From positions 39,145 to 63,144 of the forward strand of contig NZ_CALPCV010000006.1 of NCBI RefSeq assembly GCF_943193095.1: DNA of 24,000 nt. Direction: 5' to 3'. This stretch comes from Parasutterella muris. Lineage in GTDB: Bacteria; Pseudomonadota; Gammaproteobacteria; Burkholderiales; Burkholderiaceae_F. Numbering within the stretch: the stretch's first letter is position 1; each line of letters starts with the position of its first letter. The position numbers and the translations under genes were made by a program. Shown piece after piece: positions 16,416-24,000 of the stretch. The notes beneath the pieces are model-generated. The model searched no databases. It was not told the DNA's origin and saw only the letters and a list, made by a program, of their open reading frames with translations.

Positions 16416-17177
16416 TTACATTCTCATACCGCCGTTGACCTCGATCACCTGTCCGGTGATGTAGTCTGCGGCAACGGACGCAAGGAAGACGACAGCGTCT
16501 GCGATATCCTCCGGCTTGCCTAAGCGAGCCATCGGGATCTGCGCTAAAAGCGCGGCTTTCTGAGCTTCGCTGAGCGCGTCGGTCATATCGGTCGCAATAA
16601 ATCCGGGCGCGACACAGTTGACCGTAACACCTCTCGCACCGATCTCGCGCGCGATCGATTTGCTCATCGCGATTGTGCCCGCTTTGGCCGCTGCGTAGTT
16701 AGCCTGGCCCGCGTTGCCCATCATGCCGACGATGGAGGCGATGCTGATAATTCTGCCGTGACGCGCCTTCATCATGCCGCGAAGGCATGCGCGGGCAAGA
16801 CGGAATCCGCCTGTCAGATTGGTTTCAATCACTTCATCCCACTGTTCGTCCTTCATGCGCATCGAAAGCGTATCGCGTGTGATGCCGGCGTTGTTCACCA
16901 AAACCGTGACCGCGCCGAATTCGGCTTCAATCGCTTTCATAAAGGCGTCGCTCGCTTCGCGGTCGGCCACGTTAAGCACACGGCCGAATCCCTTTGCGCC
17001 CTGAGCTCTTTCTGTGATTTTGGCTGCGCCGGCTTCGCTTGTCGCCGTGCCGATTACGGTGGCGCCCGCTTTGAGGCACGCGTCAAAAATCGCGGCACCG
17101 ATACCGCGGGAAGCGCCTGTCACCAAAACAATTTCGCCTTTAAGCGCTTCAGCGCTGAATACATTATTTGTGGTCAA
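16416..17177 (-). CDS. fabG: 3-oxoacyl-ACP reductase
   Basis: 253-aa ORF of the SDR family, with motifs VTGASRGIG, NNAG and YAAAKAG. The start codon is TTG at 17177, preceded by AGGAG with an 8-nt spacer. There is no in-frame ATG near the N-terminus. Confidence 0.93.
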   Translation of the reverse strand: MTTNNVFSAEALKGEIVLVTGASRGIGAAIFDACLKAGATVIGTATSEAGAAKITERAQGAKGFGRVLNVADREASDAFMKAIEAEFGAVTVLVNNAGITRDTLSMRMKDEQWDEVIETNLTGGFRLARACLRGMMKARHGRIISIASIVGMMGNAGQANYAAAKAGTIAMSKSIAREIGARGVTVNCVAPGFIATDMTDALSEAQKAALLAQIPMARLGKPEDIADAVVFLASVAADYITGQVIEVNGGMRM

Positions 17178-17182
17178 TCTTC

Positions 17183-18124
17183 TTACTCCTGATTATTAGA
17201 AGCCGCTTCTTCAAGCGCTTCTTTGCTGTTCAATGCTTTTGCCGCGATACCCTTGGTAATTCTCTTGGTCATACCGGTAAGCGCAGCGCCGGGGCCGACT
17301 TCATAGAGTTCGGTACAGCCCATCTTTTCCATTTCGCGGACGGTATCGGCCCAAAGAACAGCCGAAGAAACCTGAGCGGAGAGCGCGCCGCGAATATCGT
17401 CGGCTTCGCTTCTGAGACGGACGTCCACATTGTGCAGAACCGGAATTTCAGGCGAGCGCAGTTCAACTGTGCGCAGGCGCTCTTCCATCGCAATCTCGGC
17501 GGGCTTCATCAGTGAAGAATGGAAGGGGCCGGAAACATTAAGACGGATCGCGCGTTTTGCACCCGCTTCAAGACTTTTGCTCATTGCGGCTTCCACTGCG
17601 GCAACGGTGCCGGCAATCACGACCTGTCCCGGTGTATTAAAGTTCACCGCATCGACGACGCCGTTGGCGGCGCACTCAAGGCAGACGGATTTAACTTTGT
17701 CGTCATCGAGACCAAGAATCGCGGCCATCGTGCCTTCACCGACGGGGACCGCCTCCTGCATTTTCTCGGCGCGGAAGCGCACGAGCTTAACGGCATCCTT
17801 AAATTCAAGCGCACCGGCAGCGACCAGCGCGGAGTATTCTCCGAGACTGTGGCCGGCCGCTACGTCGGGGCGTCGGCCGCCTTTGGAAAGATAGTAGCGA
17901 TACATCGCGGTGCTTGCGGTGACCAATGCGGGCTGCGTATTGACAGTGAGGCTCAGCTCCTCAGACGGACCTTCGGCAATGAGTTTCGCTAAATCAAATC
18001 CAAGTACTTCATTCGCTTCTTCAAGCGTCTGCTGCACAATCGGTTCGTCCTTAAGGGTTGAAAGCATTCCGACGGACTGACTGCCCTGTCCCGGAAATAC
18101 AAAAGCAATTTTCTTTTCTGACAT
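17183..18124 (-). CDS. fabD: Malonyl-CoA:ACP transacylase
   Basis: 313-aa ORF containing FVFPGQGSQ and the active-site motif GHSLGEYSAL. Confidence 0.95.
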   Translation of the reverse strand: MSEKKIAFVFPGQGSQSVGMLSTLKDEPIVQQTLEEANEVLGFDLAKLIAEGPSEELSLTVNTQPALVTASTAMYRYYLSKGGRRPDVAAGHSLGEYSALVAAGALEFKDAVKLVRFRAEKMQEAVPVGEGTMAAILGLDDDKVKSVCLECAANGVVDAVNFNTPGQVVIAGTVAAVEAAMSKSLEAGAKRAIRLNVSGPFHSSLMKPAEIAMEERLRTVELRSPEIPVLHNVDVRLRSEADDIRGALSAQVSSAVLWADTVREMEKMGCTELYEVGPGAALTGMTKRITKGIAAKALNSKEALEEAASNNQE

Positions 18125-18144
18125 TTGCGTTATAAGTTGTTTTA

Positions 18145-19146
18145 TTAGAATTTAAGCAGTGCGGAAGCCCAGGTGAAGCCGCCCCCGACGCCCTGAAGCA
18201 GAACAATGTCGCCGCGTTTGAGCTGTCCGCTCTGACGGGCCTTATCGAGCGCAAGCGGAACACTTGCCGCCGACGTGTTTCCGTGCTTAGTGACGGAAAC
18301 CACAAGATTGCTCTCAGGAATATTTAACTTGCCGCGAACCATATTCATGATGCGAAGATTTGCCTGATGCGGAATGTAGACATCGACATCACCGGGCGCG
18401 AGATTTGCCGCCGCAAGCACATTCAGCGCGCTTTCCATCATTTTTTCCACCGCGGCCTTAAATACGAGGCGCCCTTCCATACGAATATAGGGGTCTCCGA
18501 CAATCTTGCCGTTGTCAATATGGCTGTCGGCAGCGAGCACGTGCACACCGCGCGTGCCGTCGGCTTTAAGTTCTGTTGCGAGAATTCCGGGTTCGCTGCT
18601 CTTTTCGAGCACCGCAGCGCCCGCTCCGTCACCGAAGAGAACGCAGGTTGTACGATCATCCCAATCCAAAACGCGCGAAAGGCTTTCTGAACCGATCACC
18701 AAGACGCGCTCGGCGGATCCTGCGCGGATCATTGAATCGGCGATTGAGAGCGCGTAAACAAATCCGGAGCAAACCGCCTGAATATCAAAAGCGCCGGCGC
18801 TGCTGGCCTGAAGGAGCGCCTGCACCTGACACGCCGTGCTCGGGAAAACGGAGTCAGGCGTCGTCGTCGCGACGATAATCAGATCAATCTCGTCAGGTGT
18901 AAAGCCGCCGTTTTCCAAGGCACGCTTTGCGGCCTCAAAGGCCATAGCGGTCGTGGAGCCCGCGCCTTCGGCAAAATATCTCTGCTCAATACCGGTGCGG
19001 GTACGAATCCACTCGTCACTGGTTTCTACGCCTCTTTCGGCAAGCTTGGCCGCAAGTTCATCATTGCTGACGATCTTCTCCGGCAGGAAACTTCCTGTAG
19101 AAGCGATTCGGGAATAAATTTTTTCAGACACGAATTTCGTTTCCAT
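18145..19146 (-). CDS. fabH: 3-oxoacyl-ACP synthase III
   Basis: 333-aa ORF containing IASTGSFLP, the active-site Cys in AVCSGFVYAL, PHQANLRI and the C-terminal GGGFTWAS. The true start may instead be the in-frame GTG five codons downstream. Confidence 0.93.
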   Translation of the reverse strand: METKFVSEKIYSRIASTGSFLPEKIVSNDELAAKLAERGVETSDEWIRTRTGIEQRYFAEGAGSTTAMAFEAAKRALENGGFTPDEIDLIIVATTTPDSVFPSTACQVQALLQASSAGAFDIQAVCSGFVYALSIADSMIRAGSAERVLVIGSESLSRVLDWDDRTTCVLFGDGAGAAVLEKSSEPGILATELKADGTRGVHVLAADSHIDNGKIVGDPYIRMEGRLVFKAAVEKMMESALNVLAAANLAPGDVDVYIPHQANLRIMNMVRGKLNIPESNLVVSVTKHGNTSAASVPLALDKARQSGQLKRGDIVLLQGVGGGFTWASALLKF

Positions 19147-19304
19147 TACAAACAGATAAACGAGAGATTACTTTATTCTGGGGTTCTGTGCGAACCGCTT
19201 TTTCAGCATTACAAGAAAAAACAATTTCTAAAATCCGTAAAAACTATCCGGGAAAAATCGCAACACTCACTCCTGTACTTCTGAAAGACACCTGTGCGGT
19301 GCCC

Positions 19305-19336
19305 AATAAAAAAGGAAGGCCCGCTTACGGCCTTCC
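19305..19336 (-). terminator. Rho-independent terminator after the CMD-family gene remnant, upstream of fabH
   Basis: GGAAGGCC(C)G-CTTA-CGGCCTTCC. On the minus strand the hairpin is followed by TTTTTTATT, 27 nt after the TAA at 19365..19363. Confidence 0.65.
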
Positions 19337-19362
19337 CTGCAAAAATATTACGGCTTATAAGA

Positions 19363-19566
19363 TTATTTAAACGAATTCACGACCGCGAGCGCATTCAAAG
19401 TTCTCGGGAATCCGTTGAGCGGAATAGCGATCTGCAGCGCGTCAGCGAGATTCTGCTTCGTGTTTTCTTCTTTGAGATTAGCTCCCGTGTGCGCCTTTAA
19501 CTGAGACTCGCGTCCGCCAAGCGCGGCAATCGCGGCAAAGACAACGAGCTCGCGAACCAGGCGAAA
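19363..19566 (-). pseudogene. C-terminal remnant of a carboxymuconolactone decarboxylase (AhpD-like) family gene, 5'-truncated
   Basis: The last ~66 aa of the 109-aa track ORF are LVRELVVFAAIAALGGRESQLKAHTGANLKEENTKQNLADALQIAIPLNGFPRTLNALAVVNSFK. This matches the CMD-family C-terminal helices (RELv..a.aa.g......H........t.eei.e.l......G.P...na). The N-terminal ~43 aa of the track ORF are simply antisense to the LysR fragment and look non-native. Confidence 0.55.
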
Positions 19567-20269
19567 ATGGAGCTCTCGGAAAAAGGGGAGTTCCTTCTCG
19601 GCATCATCCGCATCGGCATTGTCGAAACTTCTGCCATGCGGATTCTCACACGGGAAATGCAGAAATTTACAGCGCAGTATCCGCACGTCCACTTTGAAAT
19701 CTATTCTGCCGACAGTGATGATTTAAAGCGTTCAATGGACGAGAACAAACTGGATTTAGCCATTCTTCTGGAGCCGGTTGAGAGCGCAAAATACGATAAA
19801 ACATCGATTCCGGCAAAAGATCGCTGGGGGCTTGTCGTTCGAAAGGCAGACTTTCCGAGCGATCGAAAAGAGATGACTTTCAGCGAAGTCGTCGCCACTC
19901 CTTTGATTTTGCCTAGAAGATTCATTGTGCTGGAAGAGATCAGCAGCTGGCTCGAAGTTTCCGATAAGGATTTAAAGGTAGCGGCTTACCACAACCTGCC
20001 CTCCAACGCTCTTGACCTGATCAGCTCCGGCATGGGCGCTCTATTGTGTGTGGAAGGCTCTTTTACCAATCGCGGTAAAAGCGGTTTGAGATTTGTTCCG
20101 ATTACGCCCGAACGAGTTTCCGGTCACGTCGCTGTAAAAAAGAAAAAGTCCTATCGCTAAAGCCGCGGCAATCTTTTGGGAGACGCTCTGCGCGCTGGAT
20201 TCAGCGGAAACCGCAGATGAGGCTCTGAAAAAGCTCGGCGGTCGGCGGAAAAAATCTGCAGGCCTATAA
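19567..20269 (+). pseudogene. LysR-family regulator remnant: effector-binding domain only, with no HTH, and a frameshift near its 3' end
   Basis: The track ORF 19567-20160 starts at the LysR linker (GIIRIGIVETSAMRILTREMQKFTAQYPHVHFEIY) and lacks the ~85-aa N-terminal wHTH. The in-frame upstream sequence is antisense CMD coding and hits a stop at 19498. After the A-rich run at 20137-20148 the LysR-like C-terminus continues in the +1 frame (KRKSPIAKAAAIFWETLCALDS...) to a TAA at 20267-20269. Confidence 0.6.
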
Positions 20270-20299
20270 AACAAAAGCCCGAGTTTGACCTCGAGCTTT
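20264..20299. terminator. Hairpin with flanking A/T runs; a likely bidirectional terminator downstream of rpmF (minus) and the LysR remnant (plus)
   Basis: AAAGCCCGAG-TTTGAC-CTCGAGCTTT is a 10-bp stem with one mismatch. It is followed by TTTCTTGATCTTT on the plus strand and TTTTGTTTTA on the minus strand. Confidence 0.5.
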
Positions 20300-20307
20300 C
20301 TTGATCT

Positions 20308-20323
20308 TTAGGCTTAAGCCTAA
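20308..20323. repeat. Perfect 16-nt palindrome TTAGGCTTAAGCCTAA
   Basis: Read directly from the sequence. It lies in the untranslated stretch between the rpmF stop codon and the downstream terminator, where plsX would normally begin. Confidence 0.3.
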
Positions 20324-20398
20324 GATACAAATTCTTTCATAATTCCTGCCGCATCGTCCGCCGTGGGTCTCGAATGAGAGCAGTCCTCAGGGAAGAAC

Positions 20399-20587
20399 TT
20401 ATTCCTGATCGTCGTTCTTAGTGGCGATGACTTTCTTGCCACGGTAGAAACCGGAAGCAGAAATATGATGACGACGATGTGCTTCGCCTGTTGTCGGTTC
20501 GACAGCGAGCGGAGGATTGGTCAGGAAATCGTGAGCACGGTGATTGCCGCGCTTATTGGTCGACTTCTTATTTTGCTGAACAGCCAT
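20399..20587 (-). CDS. rpmF: 50S ribosomal protein L32
   Basis: The internal ATG at 20587 gives the 62-aa product [19 protein letters not shown]..., a typical L32 N-terminus. The 25 extra N-terminal residues in the track ORF are upstream read-through. Confidence 0.95.
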   Translation of the reverse strand: MAVQQNKKSTNKRGNHRAHDFLTNPPLAVEPTTGEAHRRHHISASGFYRGKKVIATKNDDQE

Positions 20588-20616
20588 GGTAACCCCACGA
20601 AAATAATATCTAAATC

Positions 20617-20651
20617 TTAAAAACGAGCGGACAACACAAACACTTCCGCTC
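20617..20651 (-). terminator. Terminator-like hairpin between yceD and rpmF; a possible attenuator
   Basis: On the minus strand, GAGCGGA-13 nt-TCCGCTC is followed by GTTTTTAA. The loop is long and the T-tract short, so any termination is probably weak. Confidence 0.3.
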
Positions 20652-20679
20652 TCGGAAAACATCGGATTTTACACTAACG

Positions 20680-21204
20680 TTAATTCTTTCGCAAACCTTG
20701 CAGATCTTTAAGTTTTGCAAAGGGATTTTCTTTCTTCGGCTCTTCTTGCTTAGGCGCTTCAATGTCGGATTTGCACGCGTAGTCGTGAACCGGAACATAA
20801 GGAAGCGAAAGCAGAATCTCCTCTTCAATCCATTCCATCAGATTGAGCTTCTCACTGCCGACAATCACTTCTGTGTCGTCTTCGTCGTCAATCGGAATGG
20901 AATCGGCTTCTTTTTCGTCTCTGGCGAAACGGAAAAGCACGTCGCTTTCAATCGGGAACTCCATCGCTTTGCCGCAGTGATTGCAAATAAGCGGCACTTT
21001 AGCGGCGAGCGTCATGACAGCTCCGGGCCAGCCCTTTTTGGCGGTCATCCCTTTGATCTCAAAAACGCATTCAGCGTCCGTCGGACAGATCTCTTCACGC
21101 AGTCTCGGCATATCGGTAAGCCGAACCTTCCCCGAAATGACACGTCTGTCACGGGCAAGATCATATGCGTTTACATAGTCTGTCGATTTTAGATACTCAG
21201 ACAT
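20680..21204 (-). CDS. yceD: YceD/DUF177 family protein (23S rRNA accumulation protein)
   Basis: 174-aa ORF containing the CxxC pair (LICNHCGKAMEF), an acidic region and the conserved LSLP...HD motif. It sits in the canonical position upstream of rpmF. Confidence 0.9.
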   Translation of the reverse strand: MSEYLKSTDYVNAYDLARDRRVISGKVRLTDMPRLREEICPTDAECVFEIKGMTAKKGWPGAVMTLAAKVPLICNHCGKAMEFPIESDVLFRFARDEKEADSIPIDDEDDTEVIVGSEKLNLMEWIEEEILLSLPYVPVHDYACKSDIEAPKQEEPKKENPFAKLKDLQGLRKN

Positions 21205-21283
21205 TCGGATCCTTCTTGTTAATACCTAGCACTGAACTAGAATAGTCGCATTCATTTATTTCTGTGGATGCGATAACCCAAAA

Positions 21284-21880
21284 ATGGATAATAGATTACA
21301 ACTCATTCTCGGTTCGAGCTCTCCGTTTAGAAAAGAATTGCTCGAACGCCTGCAGCTGCCCTTTACAACTTGTTCGCCCGAAGTTGACGAAACTCCGCTC
21401 AAGGACGAAAAGCCTAAAGACCTGTCCCTAAGACTCTCAATTCTTAAAGCACAGGTGGTCGCCGCTCAGCACCCCGACTGCGTCGTGATCGGCTGCGATC
21501 AGGTACTCGAACTTGACGGCAAACCGCTTGGCAAACCCGGATGCTTCGAAAAGGCGTTTGAGCAGCTCTCTGCGATGAGCGGCAAAGAAGTTGTGTTTCA
21601 CTCCGCAATGACCGTCATCGACGCAAAAGGCAACGTCTCTTCGACCGTTGTTCCCACCGAAATCAAGATGCGCGATCTTCCGCCTGAGGCCATTCGCCGC
21701 TATCTTGAAATCGAGAAACCTTTCAGATGCGCTGGAAGCGCCAAAATCGAGAAACTCGGTATCGCGCTCATCGCTGAATGCCGCTCCTCCGACCCGACAG
21801 CAATTATCGGACTGCCGCTGATTGAACTCACCACCATGCTCGCTAAGGCAGGCATCAGCGTTCTTCCGGAGCTCAGATAA
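21284..21880 (+). CDS. maf: Maf-like nucleoside triphosphate pyrophosphatase (YceF subfamily)
   Basis: 198-aa ORF containing LILGSSSPFRKELLERL, IGCDQV, KPFRCAGSAKIE and IIGLPL. It is divergent from yceD, as in E. coli. Confidence 0.9.
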   Translation: MDNRLQLILGSSSPFRKELLERLQLPFTTCSPEVDETPLKDEKPKDLSLRLSILKAQVVAAQHPDCVVIGCDQVLELDGKPLGKPGCFEKAFEQLSAMSGKEVVFHSAMTVIDAKGNVSSTVVPTEIKMRDLPPEAIRRYLEIEKPFRCAGSAKIEKLGIALIAECRSSDPTAIIGLPLIELTTMLAKAGISVLPELR

Positions 21881-22614
21881 TGACGCAGCTCGGCAGGCTT
21901 TTTATGCTCCCCGTGCCGATTTCACAGGGAACCGTCTCGGCTTCCCTGCCCGAAAGCTCGATTCACGTCGCGCGCGAGCTCAAATATTTTCTGGCGGAAA
22001 ACGCTAAATCGGCCCGAGCTTTTCTCAAAGCGGCCGAGCATCCGCTCCCGATCGCTTCTCTCTCTATTGAAGAGATCGGACACCGCCCGGATGTCAATCT
22101 GATTAAAACCTGGCTGAAACCCGCTCTGGAGGGTTTTGACATCGGTATCGTGAGCGAAGCGGGCTGCCCGGGCGTCGCAGATCCCGGTGCGCAAATCGCT
22201 GAGCAAGCTCATCGTCTGGGCATACGCGTCGTGCCGCTTGTCGGACCGAGCTCCATTCTTCTGGCACTCATGGCCTCCGGAATGGACGGACAGCACTTTC
22301 GTTTCTGCGGCTACCTGCCGATTAAAGAGCCTCAGCGCACGAACGCGATCAGAGATCTGGAAAGAAAGAGTGCGAGCGCCGAGGGCGAAACTCAGCTATT
22401 TATCGAAACGCCCTATCGCAACAGCGGCATGCTCGCCTATTTAGTGAGAGTCTGCGCACCGACAACGCTGATTATGGCGGCCACAGACATTACGGGAGAG
22501 GCTGAAAAAATCAGAACCTTCTCGGCCGCTCAATGGAAATCAAAGGATCTGAACCTGCCGAAACTTCCGACGGTGTTCGGAATCCTCGCCTCTAAACGCG
22601 GACGCCGAGCATAG
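21880..22614 (+). CDS. SAM-dependent methyltransferase of the tetrapyrrole-methylase fold (RsmI-like paralog)
   Basis: 244-aa ORF containing IVSEAGCPGVADPG, VPLVGPSSILLALMASG and FIETPYR. Its start overlaps the maf stop codon as TAATG. Confidence 0.8.
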   Translation: MTQLGRLFMLPVPISQGTVSASLPESSIHVARELKYFLAENAKSARAFLKAAEHPLPIASLSIEEIGHRPDVNLIKTWLKPALEGFDIGIVSEAGCPGVADPGAQIAEQAHRLGIRVVPLVGPSSILLALMASGMDGQHFRFCGYLPIKEPQRTNAIRDLERKSASAEGETQLFIETPYRNSGMLAYLVRVCAPTTLIMAATDITGEAEKIRTFSAAQWKSKDLNLPKLPTVFGILASKRGRRA

Positions 22615-23245
22615 AAGCAAGCTCGTCCATCGTGTCGGCAATGTGCTTGGGCTGATACTCTTCAAGCCTCAGCCTCGGGGCGGCACCCCACGAAACCGCA
22701 ATCGCATCCACTCCGGCTGCTTTTGCAAGTCTGATGTCGTGTTCGGTGTCGCCGACCATAACCATATCCGAAGGCTTAAATCCGCCGCGCTCCATCAGCA
22801 TATGAAGCATGAGCGGATCAGGCTTCGGCTTGGCTTCGTCCGAAGTCACCGAGTCATCAAAATAAGCTTCGATCCCCATGCGGTTCACAATTCTGGAAAG
22901 TCCCTTGCGGCTTTTACCTGTGGCAATCGCAGTTTTAATACCGGCTTCATGCAGCCGATCCATCAGATCGAGCACCTTCGGAAAGAGCTTCAGATACGGG
23001 TCGCTCTGCAGAAAGTATCCGACGTAAATATTTTTGTATTCCTCATAACGAGCCGGATCAAGATCTGAAGCGACAATCGGAATAATGTCTTTGAACCCAA
23101 GGCCTATAACGCTTTTTGCTGTTTCGTAGCTGACCGGTTTAATCCCGATCGTCTGATTCGCTTTCTGTATTCCTTTTGCGATTGCGTCCACGGAATCTAC
23201 AAGTGTTCCGTCAAAATCAAAAACCACGAATTTATAGGGTGTCAC
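22592..23245 (-). CDS. HAD-superfamily hydrolase (phosphoglycolate-phosphatase-like)
   Basis: 217-aa ORF with HAD motif I (VFDFDGTLVDS), motif II (ATGKS) and motifs III/IV (KPKPD and VGDTEHDI). It overlaps the rluC 3' end by 14 nt. Confidence 0.85.
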   Translation of the reverse strand: MTPYKFVVFDFDGTLVDSVDAIAKGIQKANQTIGIKPVSYETAKSVIGLGFKDIIPIVASDLDPARYEEYKNIYVGYFLQSDPYLKLFPKVLDLMDRLHEAGIKTAIATGKSRKGLSRIVNRMGIEAYFDDSVTSDEAKPKPDPLMLHMLMERGGFKPSDMVMVGDTEHDIRLAKAAGVDAIAVSWGAAPRLRLEEYQPKHIADTMDELASMLGVRV

Positions 23246-24000
23246 GCTTTTTCCTTTCCAATGCGTCCAACAGTTCCCGGCACTCTTTCGGAAGCGGTGC
23301 CTCGATTTTCAGATCAATTCCGCTCACCGGATGGTGAAATACGATTGATCCGGCATGCAGAAACATTCTTTTGAAAGGATATCCCAGAAGACCGTGTTCA
23401 ACCTCGCCGTTGAATTCAAAATCTCCGTACTTCTCATCTCCGACAAGAGGAAAACCTAAATGCGCCGCATGTACACGGATCTGATGCGTGCGTCCTGTCA
23501 ACAAATCTACTTCAAGAAGCGAAACCGCCCCGAAGCGCTCAATCAGCCGAAAAATTGAGTGACTCGGCAGCCCCTGCTCTTCATCAACCCGCACTCTGCG
23601 CTCGCCGGAGGCCGTGACATATTTATAGAGCGGAAACTTGACATGCTGACGATCGTTCTGCCAGTCGCCTTTTACAAGCGTCTTGTACGTTTTATGCATT
23701 TGTCCTTCACGAATCATTTCGTGAAGACGGACAAGCGCCTTTCTGGTTTTTGCCAGAACCAGCACTCCGGATGTCCCTCTATCCAATCGATGAACAAGTT
23801 CGAGAAAAGGAAGATCAGGACGAGAAGCGCGCATGCGTTCAATCAGTCCGAAAGAAATGCCGCTGCCTCCGTGGCTGGCCATGCCCGAGGGTTTATCCAC
23901 TGCCAAAATATGCTCATCCTCGTACAGGATCGTCGGAATTTCAGAGAGTTTCAGCGGCGGCGCTTTCTTCTCCTGAGGCTGAGCGCTGACGCGAATCGGC
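23232..24000 (-). CDS. rluC: 23S rRNA pseudouridine synthase, RluC-type (RluA family); the 5' end lies outside the window
   Basis: The catalytic motif HRLDRGTSGVLVLAK and the HQIRVH motif are present. The reading frame stays open upstream of the track start, which is a TTG codon at 23906, through ...PTILYEDEHILAVDKPSG to the window edge. Confidence 0.9.
   Translation of the reverse strand, partial: PIRVSAQPQEKKAPPLKLSEIPTILYEDEHILAVDKPSGMASHGGSGISFGLIERMRASRPDLPFLELVHRLDRGTSGVLVLAKTRKALVRLHEMIREGQMHKTYKTLVKGDWQNDRQHVKFPLYKYVTASGERRVRVDEEQGLPSHSIFRLIERFGAVSLLEVDLLTGRTHQIRVHAAHLGFPLVGDEKYGDFEFNGEVEHGLLGYPFKRMFLHAGSIVFHHPVSGIDLKIEAPLPKECRELLDALERKKRDTL

Noticed and set aside
20323-20343. Mini-ORF MKEFVS* with AGGA upstream on the minus strand after rpmF, considered as a relic of the plsX start
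   Set aside because: It has only six codons and no similarity to the PlsX N-terminus. This cannot be distinguished from chance.
1-24000. Scan for CRISPR arrays, tRNA/rRNA genes, IS elements, integrases and long tandem repeats
   Set aside because: I recognised none by eye in the intergenic regions or among the ORF translations. A covariance-model search (Infernal/Rfam, tRNAscan) would be needed to exclude small ncRNAs.

Overview
This window is mostly a conserved housekeeping block, nearly all on the minus strand. Its gene order looks like a compacted Burkholderiales-type supercluster; the taxon is a low-confidence inference from synteny and the LDH-like malate dehydrogenase. Reading along the minus strand from high to low coordinates: rluC (partial), a HAD phosphatase, then yceD, rpmF, fabH, fabD, fabG, acpP, fabF, lepA, lepB, rnc, era, recO, a DUF805 gene, acpS and nagZ. 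maf and an RsmI-like methyltransferase sit on the plus strand between the HAD gene and yceD, divergent from yceD. The low-coordinate end holds plus-strand mdh and an orphan PIN-domain gene. It also holds a minus-strand two-component system (a sensor kinase with a periplasmic solute-binding-type domain plus a LuxR/FixJ-type regulator) directly upstream of a secreted flavoprotein gene that runs off the window. I found no rRNA, tRNA, CRISPR array, transposase or integrase. The conserved block is broken in four places. (1) A 3,480-bp cargo segment (dctA, a secreted C45/Ntn hydrolase, and a terminator-insulated orphan gene) lies between era and recO, bounded by an exact 9-bp direct repeat placed as a target-site or core-site duplication would be. 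(2) The plsX slot between rpmF and fabH holds two head-to-head 5'-truncated gene remnants, a carboxymuconolactone-decarboxylase-family C-terminus and an HTH-less, frameshifted LysR gene, and no plsX. (3) The pdxJ slot between recO and acpS holds a translationally coupled DUF805 membrane protein. (4) fabF abuts lepA with no rpoE/anti-sigma/degP cluster, leaving only a terminator and a perfect 12-bp inverted repeat. The best candidates for something undescribed are the era-recO cassette and its orphan gene. I cannot assign that gene a function from sequence alone.
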